From: Amoebidium appalachense | Lineage: Eukaryota > Protista > Ichthyosporea | Direction: 5' to 3' | NCBI GenBank assembly: GCA_963693365.1 | Contig: CAVNZM010000007.1 | Coordinates: 4,647,962-4,711,961, forward strand | DNA: 64,000 nt | In this document: piece by piece, positions 24,720-50,630 of the stretch | Layout of the letters: each line of letters begins with the position of its first letter | Numbering within the stretch: the first letter of the stretch is position 1 | Program-made: the position numbers and the translations under genes | The notes under the pieces: model-generated | Told to the model about the DNA's origin: nothing | Databases searched by the model: none | The model's input: only the letters and a program-made list of their open reading frames with translations

Positions 24720-27157
24720 ATCGACACAGGCACATACCCCCCCACCCCCCATCGACACAGGCACATACCCCCCCACCCCCCATCGACACAGGCACATACC
24801 CCCCCACCCCCCATCGACACAGGCACATACCCCCCCACCCCCCATCGACACAGGCACATACCCCCCCACCCCCCATCGACACAGGCACATACCCCCCCAC
24901 CCCCCATCGACACAGGCACATACCCCCCCCCCCCCCCCCCCCCCCCTGGCCCAGGCACATACCCGATGCGTGGGTCATAGACCTGCATACCCAGCACACA
25001 GCCAGGCGGCAGGCAGCCGGCATGGTGCAGGTGCCGTAGCCGTGCCCACACCTGTGGGGGCGTCAGGATGGGCGGGGTGGCATGCACGCACCACACAATA
25101 CACCATGCATGCACCACACACACACACACACACACACACACCATGCATGCACCACACAATACACCATGCATGCACCACACACACACACACACACACACAC
25201 ACACCATGCATGCACCACACAATACACCATGCATGCACCACACACACACACACACACACACACCATGCATGCACCAAACAATACACCATGCATGCACCAC
25301 ACACACACACACACACACACACCATGCATGCACCATACAAACGCACTACACACTACACACTACACCCACCCACACACCCACACCCACACACCCACCCACA
25401 CACCCACACGCCCACCCACACACCCACACACACACACCTGTGCGCCCACACTGTCCGTGTCTGGAGGTCTCAGCACAGCCTGCAGCACGGCTGTTGCCTG
25501 GGGGCCAGTCAGGCTGAACCGCACTATCTCGTGCTGCAGATGGGTCACTGTGGCTCCCCCACCTGCATGCCCCCAGACCTTTTAAACCCCACCAAAGCAT
25601 GCCACCCTAACCCCCCACCCCCCCCCCCCCACACACACACATACACGCACCAGCCTGGGCAGCGGCCACATTGAGGGCCTGCAGGGCATCGTCTCTGCAT
25701 GCAGGCGACACAAACAGCCATAGCCGCCGTTGGTCTTGCCCAGTCTGCACATGCACAGTGAGACACACACATGTATGTACACACACACAGAGAGAGAGAG
25801 ACAAGCATGTAGACATATACACACACACGTAGGCGAACACATACATGTAGACACACACATGTATGTACACACACACAGAGAGAGAGAGAGACAAGCATGT
25901 AGACATATTCACACACACGTAGGCGAACACATACATGTAGACACACACATGTATGTACACACACACAGAGAGAGAGAGAGACAAGCATGTAGACATATTC
26001 ACACACATGTAGGCGAACCCATACATGTAGACACAGACATGTATGTACACACACAGAGAGAGAGAGAGAGACAAGCATGTAGACATATACACACACACGT
26101 AGGCGAACACATACATGTAGACACACACATGTACACACACAGAGAGAGAGAGAGAGACAAGCATGTAAACATATACACACACACGTAGGCGAACACATAC
26201 ATGTAGACACACACCCACCTTCCCACACCCACCCAACCACACCCACCCACCCACCCACCCACACAAAACAAGACAAAAAAACACGCATGGACAAACACAT
26301 GCACACACGCCCATCCACCCCCCCCCCCCCCCCCCCCCCCAAACACACACACAACACACACATGCATGCACTCACGGGCATAGAGGCACACAGACATGCA
26401 AGCATGCATGCACACACACACGTAACATGTAGGTAAGCACACGCACCTCCGGAGTGTCCCACAAGACCAGTGCTGGGCCCAGCGCGCCCATTGGATATGT
26501 GCCGCATGCATACAGCATGCACGTGGTGCTGTGCCTGCCTGTGCGGTACCTGCACCACACCCCCTCAGCACACTAGCAACTCCCCCCCCCCCCTTTCCAC
26601 CCTTTCCCCCTCCCCCCCCCCCCCCCCCCCCTTCCCCCCCAACATACATTGCTGCAGCCACCGAGGGCCTGTCAGTGGGGTCAGTGACCAGCATCAGTGC
26701 AGCAGTCAATGCCTCCACGCTGCCCTCGACCTGTATGGGTGCACTGTAGCTGCTATCGTGTATGGTGCAGTGCCCCACTGTGGCCCGGTATGTGGCTCGG
26801 CCCCCACGCTCGGTAGGTCGGTCAGCCTGCACCCGAGGTTCAGGGCACTGCCTGCTGGCTACACGGGCACACAGCACATAAATGCGCACAGCACCCACGG
26901 GCACAGACACATGCCTGCACATAGAACACACGGGCACACAACACACCTGTGCAGACAGTACACACCTACACATAGCACACACATGCACGCACCAGGCGGT
27001 AGCCCCATCGGTCGACCATGTGCATGCGCTTTGCATGCCAGATGTGTGTCTCCAGCCACTGGTGCCGCCCTGCAGCCCACCATCAGCCATACACGACCCT
27101 GCCTGTGTGCATGTCACCCTCTATGTTGGCGTGTGTATGTATGTGTGTGGACATGCA

Positions 27158-27237
<80 letters not shown>

Positions 27238-28346
27238 CACACACTGGTGTGTTGATACGTGAGAAGTGTGTACACGCTCATGTGCATGTGCAGGTATGTG
27301 CATGCATGTGAGCAAGTGCACATCCAGGGCACACACTCTGCCTGCGTGCATATTCCTGCAGCAGGTTGCCGGGCAGCCGTCTGTGCCGTCTGCTGCGTCT
27401 TGCTTTGGCCCCGGGCTCGTGCGGTGGCTCATTCTCCACCTGCCCCCCTCACTCAGCCCCCCTCCCCCCCCCCCCCCCCCCCCCCCCCCCCTTTACACCC
27501 ACGCACCTCCCTAGCAGCAGCCATGCGCAGGCGCACTGGCAGGCGCCTAATGTTGTGGCTCATGGCCCTACGCCGCATGTTGCGTGGAAGGGTCTGGAAC
27601 ACCCGGCGGTTGCCCCCACCCCTGCAGCCCGCATCAGCACCCCCCACACATGCACCCACCCACCACCCCTGCAGCCCGCATCAGCACCCTCCACACATGC
27701 ACCCACCCACCCCGCGGCATGCACCTACGTGCCACTGATGGCCTGCGCCATGGCCTGGATCTCCCGCGCACGTGCCTGCACACACATGTCAGCACCCACA
27801 CCACCAGCTAACGTGCAGTCGAGGTGTCCGTGCACCACCTTAGGCCTTTATAGGGCCTATATGTGGCATGTATGCGGCCAGTGTGTGGCCCATATTGGGC
27901 CATATGTTGCCTATATAGGCTATATGTGGCTCTTATCTGGCCCACATGTGGCCTATATGTATCTCCATATATGGCTATATGTGGCCCATGTATGGCCCAT
28001 GTATGGCCCATATATGGCCATATATGGCCCATGTATGGCTATATGTGGCCCATATACACCCATGTATGGCCATATATGGCTATATGTGGCCCATATGTGG
28101 CCCACATATGGCTATATGTGGCCCATATATGGCTATGTGTGGCCCATAACTGGCTATATGTGGCCCATATATGGCAGTATATGGCCCACATACCTCTGCA
28201 AATTCCAGCACGTTGATTGCTCTCAGTGTAGCCCCATCGCTGCCCTCTGTCGTCTCTTCACCCACCCCCCAAGTCAACCTCTTAGTGCACACACACCATG
28301 CAGCACCCCCCCCACCCCCCCCCCCCTCTCCCCCCCTGCCTCCGCC

Positions 28347-28379
<33 letters not shown>

Positions 28380-28545
28380 CGCCTTCATTGTTCCAGCAGG
28401 ACGTGCCGCGGCATTACCCCCCCCTTGCCCATGCATGCACGCCAGTATGTGCAGTCATACGGGCTGCAACATAGCACCCACCTGCAGCCTGCTGTGGGCC
28501 CAGCACAGACCCGATGTGCTTCTTCTTGCCCTTGCCTGCACTCAT
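20848..28545 (-). CDS. POP1: RNase P/MRP protein subunit POP1, many exons (middle exons not fully resolved)
   Basis: Ordered motifs: start MSAGKGKKK (28545), INVLEFAE|[28 protein letters not shown] (~27520-27600), [22 protein letters not shown] (~27000-27060), [52 protein letters not shown] (~23100-23180), [22 protein letters not shown], stop at 20848. Confidence 0.92.
21462..22050. repeat. 42-bp minisatellite, ~14 copies, in a POP1 intron
   Basis: Unit TGCACATTCATGTTCATGTATATGCAYGTGTGGTGCATGTGC. Confidence 0.95.
24716..24930. repeat. 31-bp minisatellite, ~7 copies, in a POP1 intron
   Basis: Unit ATCGACACAGGCACATACCCCCCCACCCCCC. Confidence 0.9.
25762..26212. repeat. ~90-bp tandem repeat, ~5 copies, in a POP1 intron
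   Basis: Recurring GACAAGCATGTAGACATAT...GTAGGCGAACACATACATGTAG with internal (CA)n/(GA)n. Confidence 0.9.
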
Positions 28546-28901
28546 GCTGTCAGTATCTCCCTGCCTGTGGACGTGTTCTATGCCCTCCCGTTTTCATGTG
28601 TGTTCATGTGTGTTCTGTAATTTCGTGTTCAAGCATATGAGTGTGCGAGGGTGAATGCATGCTCATGTACAATCCCACCAGATTTGGTGTGTTGCTGGGG
28701 GGCGCAGGATAGCTCGTGTGGGTGCAAAGCGCAAAAGGCGGTTGGCCTGCAATGTACAGTGCCTGTACATGCATACACTTGGAGGGACACGGTGTTGAGA
28801 GGGGGGGGGGAGGAGGAGGAGGGTTTGGTGAAGAAAAAATGCGGGCAGTTTGATCTAGGACGACCTGCTAACATGGGGAAAGGGGGAGTGGGGGGGATAT
28901 C

Positions 28902-28947
<46 letters not shown>

Positions 28948-29759
28948 GTGTGTATCCATGCTCGTGCGTGCCTGGTGTGTGCTGTAGTATGCAGCAATTC
29001 AGCGGTATGACTTACCGTGCCTGCAGCAAGCCACAACGGACAATGTTACATACAGCCCCCCATATTTGGTTTGCACAACACACACCACCATACACACACA
29101 TACTACCTCTCACAAAACACCCCCTCTTCTCCCCCCCCCCCCCCCCCCCCCCCCCCCACCTCCCTCCTACACACACACATCCACACACATACTCCCACCC
29201 ACCCGCCCATACACGTATGACCCCACCTTTGCCTGTGTCCACACCCCGGCCACCCGTTGGGGAACTGACCCGTGAAGATGGGGCAGACATAATGTCCTGT
29301 GGTGTGGGTGTGAGTGTGTGGGGGAGCATGTGTGTGGGAAAGGTTGTGCCTGTGTGTTCAGGTGTGTGTTATTTGCATGTGAGGCTGTCAGGCAGTGTGC
29401 TCGTTAGTGAATGAATATGGCCTCTTGCAGCCACGCAGACGAGCTTGATTCTTATGCGTGAGCACACATGAGAAGAATTTGGTTTGTTATGATTCGAATG
29501 CATGAGGGAAAGTGCTTGAGCGTGAGTAGAGGATGAGAAAATGGGACATATGGGACCAGGGGGTGGGTTGGCACCCCTACGAAGCACACAAAACTGACCG
29601 TACATGAGCTGGGCGGACTTATGAGCATGGTTGCAGCAGGGAAGGCCAAATGAAAGAGAACAATTAAAAAAAAACACTCAAAAAAAGAAGTGCCCTACAA
29701 AAAACAAGCTCACACACCTTTATAAAGAGACGGGACGATGTGGAAAAAGGGAATGATCG

Positions 29760-30998
<1,239 letters not shown>

Positions 30999-31851
30999 AT
31001 TCCCTCTAGTACTCGCGAGTCCAGGACCAATGTGACAACCGGGAAGCACAGACCTAACAGCAGTAGGAACAAGGAGAGACATAAAATAGACAGCGGGCAG
31101 CAAGTACACTCCAAAGGCTCAAAGGTTGCGGAAAAGGCCGGAGGAGTGGGCAGAAGCCAGATTGGGAAGGAGGAGGAGGATGAGAACACGCGGAGCAGAA
31201 TTACCAGCTGAAGGGGAGGACAAGAAACCTACTGAGCGTGAAAGTGAACAGTGGGCACGGAGGCGAGGACGGCAGGCCACACGTGCATACCCTTCAGTGC
31301 GCTCAGACGGCACGTCCCCCCTGCGCTATTGCCTGGCACCAGGCGCCGTGACTGAATTAGTCCACTAATTGGCGTCGACACGGCCCAAAGCATAAGGTGT
31401 CCGATGGCTGGAAGAGCTCGGCCAGACCAGTGGTCACAGGACACAGCCGTGTGTCACCTGCAGGGCTATCCCTGTAAACTCGTTTGGGGTGTGGCATTGA
31501 AGTCAAAATTTCCTACTGTTGATTTACGGAGCAAGCCAGACCCTGTGAGACTGAGACTGAGGACTCGCCGAGGAGTATATATTATTGGGAAAAAAATGTA
31601 TTAAATATCTAGTAGTATATTTTTAAATATATTAATTACAAGATGCAATAGGCGTCATACCAAAAAAGCCGGCAGAGTGCAGCCCGGGCTGCCTGGCAGG
31701 GGCAGCTCCTGAAATTTTTGCCAGGCCTGATAGGTGTTGGGGGATTTATATGATGCGTTCTTACCCAATCAAGCTCCAGTCTCGCACAACTTTTCGGAAC
31801 TTCGAAACTTGAAAAGGGGCCTCGCGGGGAGGAGGAGGAGGAGGAGGAGGA

Positions 31852-31898
<47 letters not shown>

Positions 31899-32198
31899 GG
31901 GGGAGGGACATGTACACCACTCGGGCCGTCAGCAAACTATACACTGACACGTGTGAGTTGACGTCAGTCAGGCTGTGCATTTTCCGAAACCACTCAACTT
32001 AGCCCACATGAAGGGAGCGCATATGCATGGCCCATGCAAACTGGCCTGACCTAGGTATGAGGAAGTGAGGGCTATTGTGCTGCTAAGAAAGTAGTGGCCA
32101 CAGAGCAGGGCTGTTGCCTGGTGCCGTAAAGTTTACTGTGGTACCATGCCCCGGCACACTCGCAGGTCTGAGTTTATGCGCCAACACTTCATACAACT

Positions 32199-32233
<35 letters not shown>

Positions 32234-32474
32234 AACACACACAAACATTGATCCCCCACGTCCCAACTGCCAGCCGTCCCACCAGTAGCACCCATGCACG
32301 TGCAGAAAAAACTGAGACATGAACCAAGCCCGTGCATTTATTGGGTATAAACTGTGCCCCCCCAACCACCCGGTCATTCATCCATTGGTTCGAGGTGGTG
32401 GTTGGACGGGACAACCGGGTACAACCACGGTTTCATAAACACACACTGGGTTGGTGGCCAGCACTGAGCTGAAA

Positions 32475-32861
32475 TTAGTTCTTCTTTGCCCGGGCGCCAA
32501 ATATGGTGCTGCCCACACGCACGTTGGTGCTGCCGAGCTCAATCTGCACAGTAAAAGGTTAGTAAATACCGTATGAACCCCTGTTATTTAGAAACACTTT
32601 CCAAATGACAGTTTATACACACTTACCACATGATAATGCCAAACCGTGGCGCTAAAGAACATTAAAAAAACGCAAACGCAGGTACCAAGTGAAGTACAGT
32701 CCTGTCCCCCCCCCCCCCCCCCCCCCCTCCCCTCCCCCCCCCCCTCCCCCGCGCCACGAAGTGTGCACACAAACACACACACCCAACCACTACCAACAAC
32801 CAGCACAACCCACCCACGCACGCACACACCTACCCACAGATACACACACACACACACACAC

Positions 32862-32944
<83 letters not shown>

Positions 32945-33811
32945 CGCATGCTCGAAGTCGTCCGACATGCCCATGCTCAGTTCCAAATCCTCAGGGTTCA
33001 GCCCAAGCTCCTGGCAGAGCGCCGACCGGGTGTCCACAAGCAGCTGCAGATGGAAATGGTCACAAGGAGGTCAGGCCTGCACACGTACATGCATGCACAC
33101 GTACATGCATGCACACGTACGTGCACGCACACATACATGCACGCACACGTACGTGCATGCATACGTACATGCATGGTGTACATACGTCCATACACACACA
33201 CAGTGGAGGAGTGCATACGTACATGCATGGTGTACATACATGCATACACTAACACACACACACATGTATAATGTCACGCTGTATACATACACGCATGTAT
33301 AATGTCATGACGCACACAGGGCAGAAGGACTGCATACATACATGCATGTATACACATACGGGGTAAGCTGCACCCGTGAAACATAGACACTCACGCAATC
33401 ACACAAGCACCACAAACACACACACATGACACGAACATACACACACCATGCACTCGCACACGTACCCTCCCTCAACCCCCGACCCACATAAACCTAAATC
33501 CACACCTAAAATCATAATTTAGACTCGTGTTAATCCACCTATACCGGCATGCGCAACTACATATCCACCGACCAACATCCACCAGCACACTAGACCATGC
33601 ACACACAAACCCACACAGGCACACTTGCACACACAAACCCACACAGGCACACCCACACACCTTGAAGTCCGGGTTAGGCTTATCATTTGGGTCTCGGCCA
33701 AACATGCCGATGGTCATGAGGCCACTGAAGCGCAGCCTGGGGCACTCTGTTTGGATGAACCGCACGAGCTCGGCACAAGCACTGGGCTCCACACCGTGCT
33801 TGTCTGCAGCC

Positions 33812-33874
<63 letters not shown>

Positions 33875-33915
33875 GTTTGCGTCTGCATGTGTATGTGTGC
33901 GTGTGCGTGTGTGCA

Positions 33916-33946
<31 letters not shown>

Positions 33947-33963
33947 GTGTGCGTGCGTGTGTG

Positions 33964-34056
<93 letters not shown>

Positions 34057-34554
34057 GAACGCGCCTACGCTGCACGTGCATGCCGGGGCAGGGGGGGGGG
34101 GGGGGGGGGGGAGGGTAGAATGTGTTACAGATTACGGAGTACACATTCACGACAGACAACACATTGCACTATGCAGATTACAAAGCACGCATAATGTGTA
34201 TGCACATAGCAGAGCCCACGTTCAAGGGGGGAGTATGCACGTACTCTCCTCACTGGAGCTGTTAACCTGGACCAGCACACTGAGTCGGTCCTTTGTGGGC
34301 TGTTTGGTGACCAGTGCCTTGTTGACTAGCCGGGCAGTCTTGATGGATGAGCAGGTCTCCCACATCGACAGGTTGGGGATGGCTGCAGGGGAGATAGAGA
34401 GAGACACAGGTGAACAAAGAGAGATATCACATCCTGAGTCAGACATACCAACACACATACACACAGAGAGAGAGAGTAAGATAGAAACACACGGCACCAC
34501 ACAAACAAACATACACACAAATATACACACAGAAGAGGAGGATTTTTTTTTTTT

Positions 34555-34593
<39 letters not shown>

Positions 34594-34929
34594 AAGGCAG
34601 AGACAGATAGACACACGAGCACAAACAAGCCGGGAGGCACAGAGAGTATGTGTTAGTGCCGACCCCTATGAGCACCCAGCCACCCCCCATAATGTGCACG
34701 TACAGGCCAGCAGGTTTGCCTTGTTGCTCTGCAGGTGGCCTATGAAGTGCCACTGGATGTCTGACGGCAGCTGCACCAATCATCGATCAGCACTTGTTCA
34801 CAACCTCAAACTCATGACAATCACATATCACAGCCACAGCCCCCATCACACACACACACATACGGAAAGAGCAGAGGCGAAGGGGGGGGGGGGAGAGAGA
34901 AGAGGGAGAGAGGGAGAGGGAGAAGGGTG

Positions 34930-35006
<77 letters not shown>

Positions 35007-36106
35007 CAAGAGAAGGAGGGGGGGGGGGGGGGGGGGGGGGTTTGAATGCGGAACACAGTACGAAGTACGCATAAACGATGAGAAGCATGGTGCAGGACAC
35101 ATGCAAAGGCAAACATTCAAGTATGCAACATCAGCCATGCGCACAGTATGCGTCATAAGCAGAGCCCATCCTCAGGGAGGGCCCAAGTCATCAATTGCGT
35201 CTGATTTTCGACCCCTTAGCCCGCGTATATACGACGCTCCAACTCAGACAGCAGCATCAACTGAACTTGGGTGGGTCAACCCGTCTTGATCAAAGAGGAG
35301 CAGGGTTGCTTATGCAAGCAAGGTGAGCAAAACGGTGAAGATGTGTGTGCAAACTAATGCAGTGCAGCGAAAAACGTGTATGTGTTTACAGATGCACGAC
35401 ACAGAGCAACCATGCCCGGTTGCATGGAAGTAAAGATGGGGGGGGAGTTGAATGTGGAACACGGTACGAAGTCATGTACACGACGAGAGGCATGGTGCAG
35501 GACACATGCAAAAGCAAACATTCAAGTATGCAACATCAGCAATGCGCACCGTATGCGTTATAAGCAGAGCCCATCCTCAGGGAGGGCCCAAGTCATCGAT
35601 TGCGTCTGAGTTTCGGCCCCTGAGCTCGCGTAGATACGACCCTCCAACTCAGACAGCAGCATTAACTAAACTTGGGAGGGCCAACCCGTCTTGAGAGGGG
35701 GCGGGCGGGGGGGGGGGGGGGGGGGGGGAGGGGGGGGGGGGAGAAAGGGAGGGAGAGCGAGGGTGCCGCCGGGGGGGGGGGGGGGGAGGGGGGGGGGGGA
35801 TGGAAAGTGGAAGGGAGGGATGGGTGGATAGAGAAACCCAACAGCCCCACCAGCCCCCCACCGACCTGGGGTGCCTTCTCCACCAGCTCGTCAATCTGTG
35901 GGCCACAGCGTCAGTACCTGCACCATGCCCCCCCCTCCCCCCCCCTCCCCCCCCCCCCCCCCCCCCCCAAAAAAAAAGGAATGCATCCCCCCCCCCCCGC
36001 ACCCCCCCCCCAAAAAAAAATCCTCCCTTCCTCATTCCTCCCACTTCCCCCCCCCCCCCCCCCCCCCCTCTCTACCCCGAACACCAAAAAGGGTGGGTGG
36101 AAGGGG

Positions 36107-36140
<34 letters not shown>

Positions 36141-37106
36141 ATGCATGCCTTCTTCCCCTCTTCCCCCCCAAAAAGAAAGAAAAAACATGCATGCCCCCCC
36201 CCCCCCCCCCCCCCCCCACCCCCCCCCCCCCCACCCACCCACCCACCCACCCTGGCCACACACATACATACACACACAATCCTTTTTGAAGCGGGGAAAA
36301 AAAAAGAAGAACAAGAAGAAAGCAAGAGAAAGAACATTGAAACACACCGGCCTCCGCCAAATATGATGAAAGTCCAACACCAGCACCCAATCCCTACCCC
36401 TCTGCCATGCCAGCTAAACCTACTCTGCCCCCCCCAACCACCACCATCACCCCCTCGCCCAACCACCACCCTTCCTCCCCTTCCCCCACTCCCACCCCCA
36501 TCCCCCCCCCCCCCCACACACACACACACACACGCACGTACATAGTTCTCTCCAAAGTGGCGCTGGCCTGCGCCGTATGCCTGCATGATGTCTGCGGGGG
36601 GTTTTGTCTTGGACACGGCAACCAGCCGTACCTGTAGTAGTGCACGTCACCACCAGCCATGCATACGTGGCCTATAGAGCGCATGTGTGCACATGTACTA
36701 CACACGCACACACACCTTGAGAGCCACACATACACATCACTTCCATGTGCATGCTGCCAGATGATAGCTGGCCCCTCAAGCCCCTACCCTACCTCGTACC
36801 TTCCACCTTTAGTCCTTTGTCTCACTGCTCCCCGCCTCTTCCTCATCCCCTTGCATGGATGCACATCCACACGCCCACCCGCACGCACACACCCAAGAAA
36901 ACAAAAAACCAAATATAAGAAACACAAACATACTCAAGACCGTCCGCACAATCCATGCTGAGCGACACCACCCTGCCACCACCACGTGCACACACACAGA
37001 CGCAGCAGGGCGCACCCACCTCTCTGCCCGGGGTACCTCTTGCACTGCTGGCCGCCTGCACACGTGCACACGCCTCCCCCAGTGCGCCAGCTATGCCCTC
37101 GGCCAT
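32475..37106 (-). CDS. PLPBP: Pyridoxal phosphate homeostasis protein (YggS/PROSC family), 240 aa, 8 exons
   Basis: Exons 37106-37020, 36631-36542, 35895-35866, 34770-34704, 34382-34245, 33803-33661, 33043-32945, 32543-32475, phase-consistent. Motifs [59 protein letters not shown]. Confidence 0.96.
35041..35694 (-). mobile_element. Poly-C-anchored partial-tandem element, copy 1 (PLPBP intron 3)
   Basis: Two head-to-tail units, each ending CATTCAA + C-run on the minus strand; homologous to 47517-48243. Confidence 0.75.
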
Positions 37107-37108
37107 GG

Positions 37109-37376
<268 letters not shown>

Positions 37377-37564
37377 TGTGTGTGTACGTGTGTGTGCGTC
37401 CATGTAAGTGGGTGCGAGTGTGTGTGTGTGTCCGTGTATGTGTGTGTGAGGGTATAAGTACGTGCGCCCCAGCTGGCGCGTTATGGGTGGCTAGGAGTGT
37501 GTGCATGGGTGTGTGAGTGTGTGTTTGAAAGAAGGGGAGGGGGTGGGGCCAGGAGTAAAGGGGG

Positions 37565-37597
<33 letters not shown>

Positions 37598-37967
37598 GGA
37601 GGGCAAGGGGTGTGTGGTTAAAACCGTATGCTTGGGAATCCCCGGCCTGGCCATTCGGGTCACAGCCAAACACAACACTGTTCGTCCAGTACTTTTCCTT
37701 CAACTTTAAGTTCTCTAAACCCTCCCTCCCTCCCTCCCTCCCCCCTCCCCCCTCCCCCCTCCCCCCTCCCCCCCTCCCCCCCCCTCCCCCCCCTCCCCCC
37801 TCCCTCCCTCCCTCCCTCCCTCCCTCCCTCCCCTCCCCTCCCCCCCCCCCCTCCCTCCCCCTCCCCCCCTCCCTCCCTCCCTCCCTCCCTCCCTCCCTCC
37901 CTCCCTCCCTCTCTCTCTCCCTCCCCCCCCCCCCCTCCCTCCCTCCCCCCCTCCCTCCCTCCCCCCC

Positions 37968-38014
<47 letters not shown>

Positions 38015-38713
38015 CCCCCCCCCCTCTCCCCCCCCCCCTCCCCCCCCCTCCCCCCCCCCCCCCTGTCTCTCCCGCCCTGTCTCTGTTGCTCCTCAATGTA
38101 TGGCTACATCCCTTTGTGCCTCTCATCCTACCCCCTCATCCCTCACCTAAATTACGTGGACCATTTGTGTATTAGCAACATGAGCGTTTCGAGTGATATC
38201 CGGGGGGGGGGGGGGGGGGGGGGGAGGGGGGGGGGGAGGGGGGGGGGGGGAGAGGGGGAGGAGGGGTTGGGGGGGGGGGGGGGGGGGGGGGGGGGGCAAA
38301 GCCACTTAAGAAAACCGACCTGTGTGGAAAGGTGCCTGCGCACGGCCAACATGAAAAGGGTGGGTGGGGTCCGGCCGGGATACAGTGCCGGCCTGTAAGT
38401 GCTCGCTGTGTGTGGGGTGTACCTGGGTAAGCATAAAGGGTGGAAGGAAGGGATGGGGTTGTCGGGAAAGGAGAGGGAGAATCGAGCACGATAACGATGT
38501 ACAAGTGCAAGGAAAACCGGGGGGGGGGGAGGGGCTGTTAAAGGGGAAGGAGGGGGGGGGGGGGGAGGGGGGGGAGGGGGGGGTTTAACTCAAGGAATAC
38601 ACCACGGTGGGGACACCTCCCCCAAAGGGACAGGGGAATCAAGGCGGGAGGAGAACATACAAGAAAGGAAGAGGGGGAGAGGGAGGAGGCATGTGTGTGT
38701 GTGTGTGTATGTG

Positions 38714-38753
<40 letters not shown>

Positions 38754-38758
38754 TGTTT

Positions 38759-38794
<36 letters not shown>

Positions 38795-39066
38795 GCGTGT
38801 GTACCTGTATACTCGCGCACGTACTATCTACGTGTGTACGTGTCACCCTGCAACATCCGTGTGTCAACTAAAAAAAAGAGTGGGAAGGCGGATCATTCGA
38901 CGGCGGGTGAGGGGCACTGGGGGAGGGGACGGAAGAGAGATCTAAGGGGGGTGGGGGGGGGGAAGGAAAGGGGGGGGGGGGAGGGCGGGGGGAGGGAGGG
39001 GAAGGTGGGAGGGGCCGGAGGTGGGAGAGGGAGAGAGGGGGGGGAGGGGGGTGAGAGAGGGTGAGA

Positions 39067-39103
<37 letters not shown>

Positions 39104-40127
39104 GGGGGGAGAGAAAGAGAGAGAGAGAGAGGGAGAGAGGGAGAGAGAGAGAGAGAGAGAGGGAGGAGGGATAACTCAGAGAGCGGCTCAAGAACTAGGA
39201 AAAGATACAAGAAAATTAAAAGGAAGAGCAGGGAGGAGTCCAAAGCCGGGCGCGTGTGATTGTGCGTGTTTGCGTGTGTGTTTGTGTGTGTGCGTGCGTG
39301 TGTGCGTGCGTGTGCGTACGTGCGTGCGTGCGTGCGCGTGCGTGCGTGTGCTTGTGTGCATGTTTGCGTGCGTGTGTGCATGTGTGCGTGTGTGTGTGTT
39401 GAAAGGGAGGGAGGGGGGGGGGGGGGGGGGGGGGGAAGGGGGATACCTGAGCTCTAAGCAGTGGATTGACCTGTTAGACGACCTGGCCAGTTCTGTGTGT
39501 GCACGAGTGCACGGATGCATTGCTGATGAGCCATGGCTCCCAAACCCCCAAATCAGTCCGCCCTTTTGCCCACCTCTCGATCTGTCAGGTGATTGGCTTA
39601 GGTTAAAGTCTACCCTTCGAATTCGTTGGATTTTCGAGTTCTTGGTCAGCTGGTTCCTTCAGCACCACGGCCCTCTGTTCAGAGGGCCGTGAGGGCCGTG
39701 CTTCACACCAACATGTTTTTTGCCTGCATGAGCAGGTGCTGCCTTTTTTTTGTCATGAAAAATGCAGGCTGCCTTCCAAAGCCGCTTTTCCATTACGCAA
39801 CATCTGTGTTGTGGCTTCTGCCTGAGTTGTGAGGCCGCGCACGGTGAGCGCCATGCCTTACTGTGTTACAGTCCAAAAAAGGCAAATAAATCATGCCCTC
39901 ATGAAGACATTCCCCAGGCATTCCGCACTGCAGATTAGGTAACAAGTACTAAGAGCAAGAAATAAAAGGCATAAGCCCTTATACGGCACAGCGGCACGTC
40001 TTCACTGTAATACCCATGCTACCATGTAGAACAGCCTGGGTTTTCGGTACTGTACATGTAGATTTGTCCCTAAAACATACGGAACGTGATAAGATTTGCA
40101 TACAATTTTTATCGTTCGTACTTTTTT

Positions 40128-40180
40128 CCTATTGGTCGATTTACTGTCCAATCAATGAAGGCAGGACATCTGATTGGCTA
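40128..40180. promoter_or_regulatory. Cluster of three CCAAT boxes in the PLPBP/PTP divergent intergenic region
   Basis: CTATTGG, TCCAATCA and CTGATTGGCT within ~50 bp; could alternatively be transposon-derived. Confidence 0.35.
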
Positions 40181-40616
40181 TCCTTTCATACCTCCAGATT
40201 TTTTAGACTCGTTGAAGCCTTGAAGGCTTGAAGCCTTGAAACTTCTGCATTCACTTCGGTGCCTGTCTGTGCCTTTTCTGTGCCACACTCCCACCTTCGA
40301 AGTGCTTGTAAACTCTTATTTCCCCCAGGAGTCATTGCGTTTATCAAAACAAGGCAACGGTGCATTCAGGGCTATCTATGCACCTAACCTATCCAGGCTA
40401 CACCCTTCCAACGTGGTACATTGCTGCCAGCACCACTGGGCCCAGCTCGCCTTCACGGACGCTAGCACGTGCACCACTTGATCAAGGCCACCTTTAAAGT
40501 TCCTCTTCGCCCTTGCACGTGTGCTGTGCAGGCGCAAAGGTATGTAACCGGGATAACGTGTGTGCGCACCTGGGCGCTGTGCTTTTGTTCTCCACTGACT
40601 GGTGGCTGGGCGCAGT

Positions 40617-50503
<9,887 letters not shown>

Positions 50504-50588
50504 GGCAGAGACACAAGGGCGCGTGCGCACAAACACATACACACACACACATGCTCAGGCATGCACACACACATGCAAAAGAGTACGT

Positions 50589-50630
<42 letters not shown>

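Noticed and set aside
29012-29329. POP1 start at MSAPSSRV (29290)
   Set aside because: A phase-consistent start with a basic N-terminus exists at 28545; this region is more likely 5' UTR or intron.
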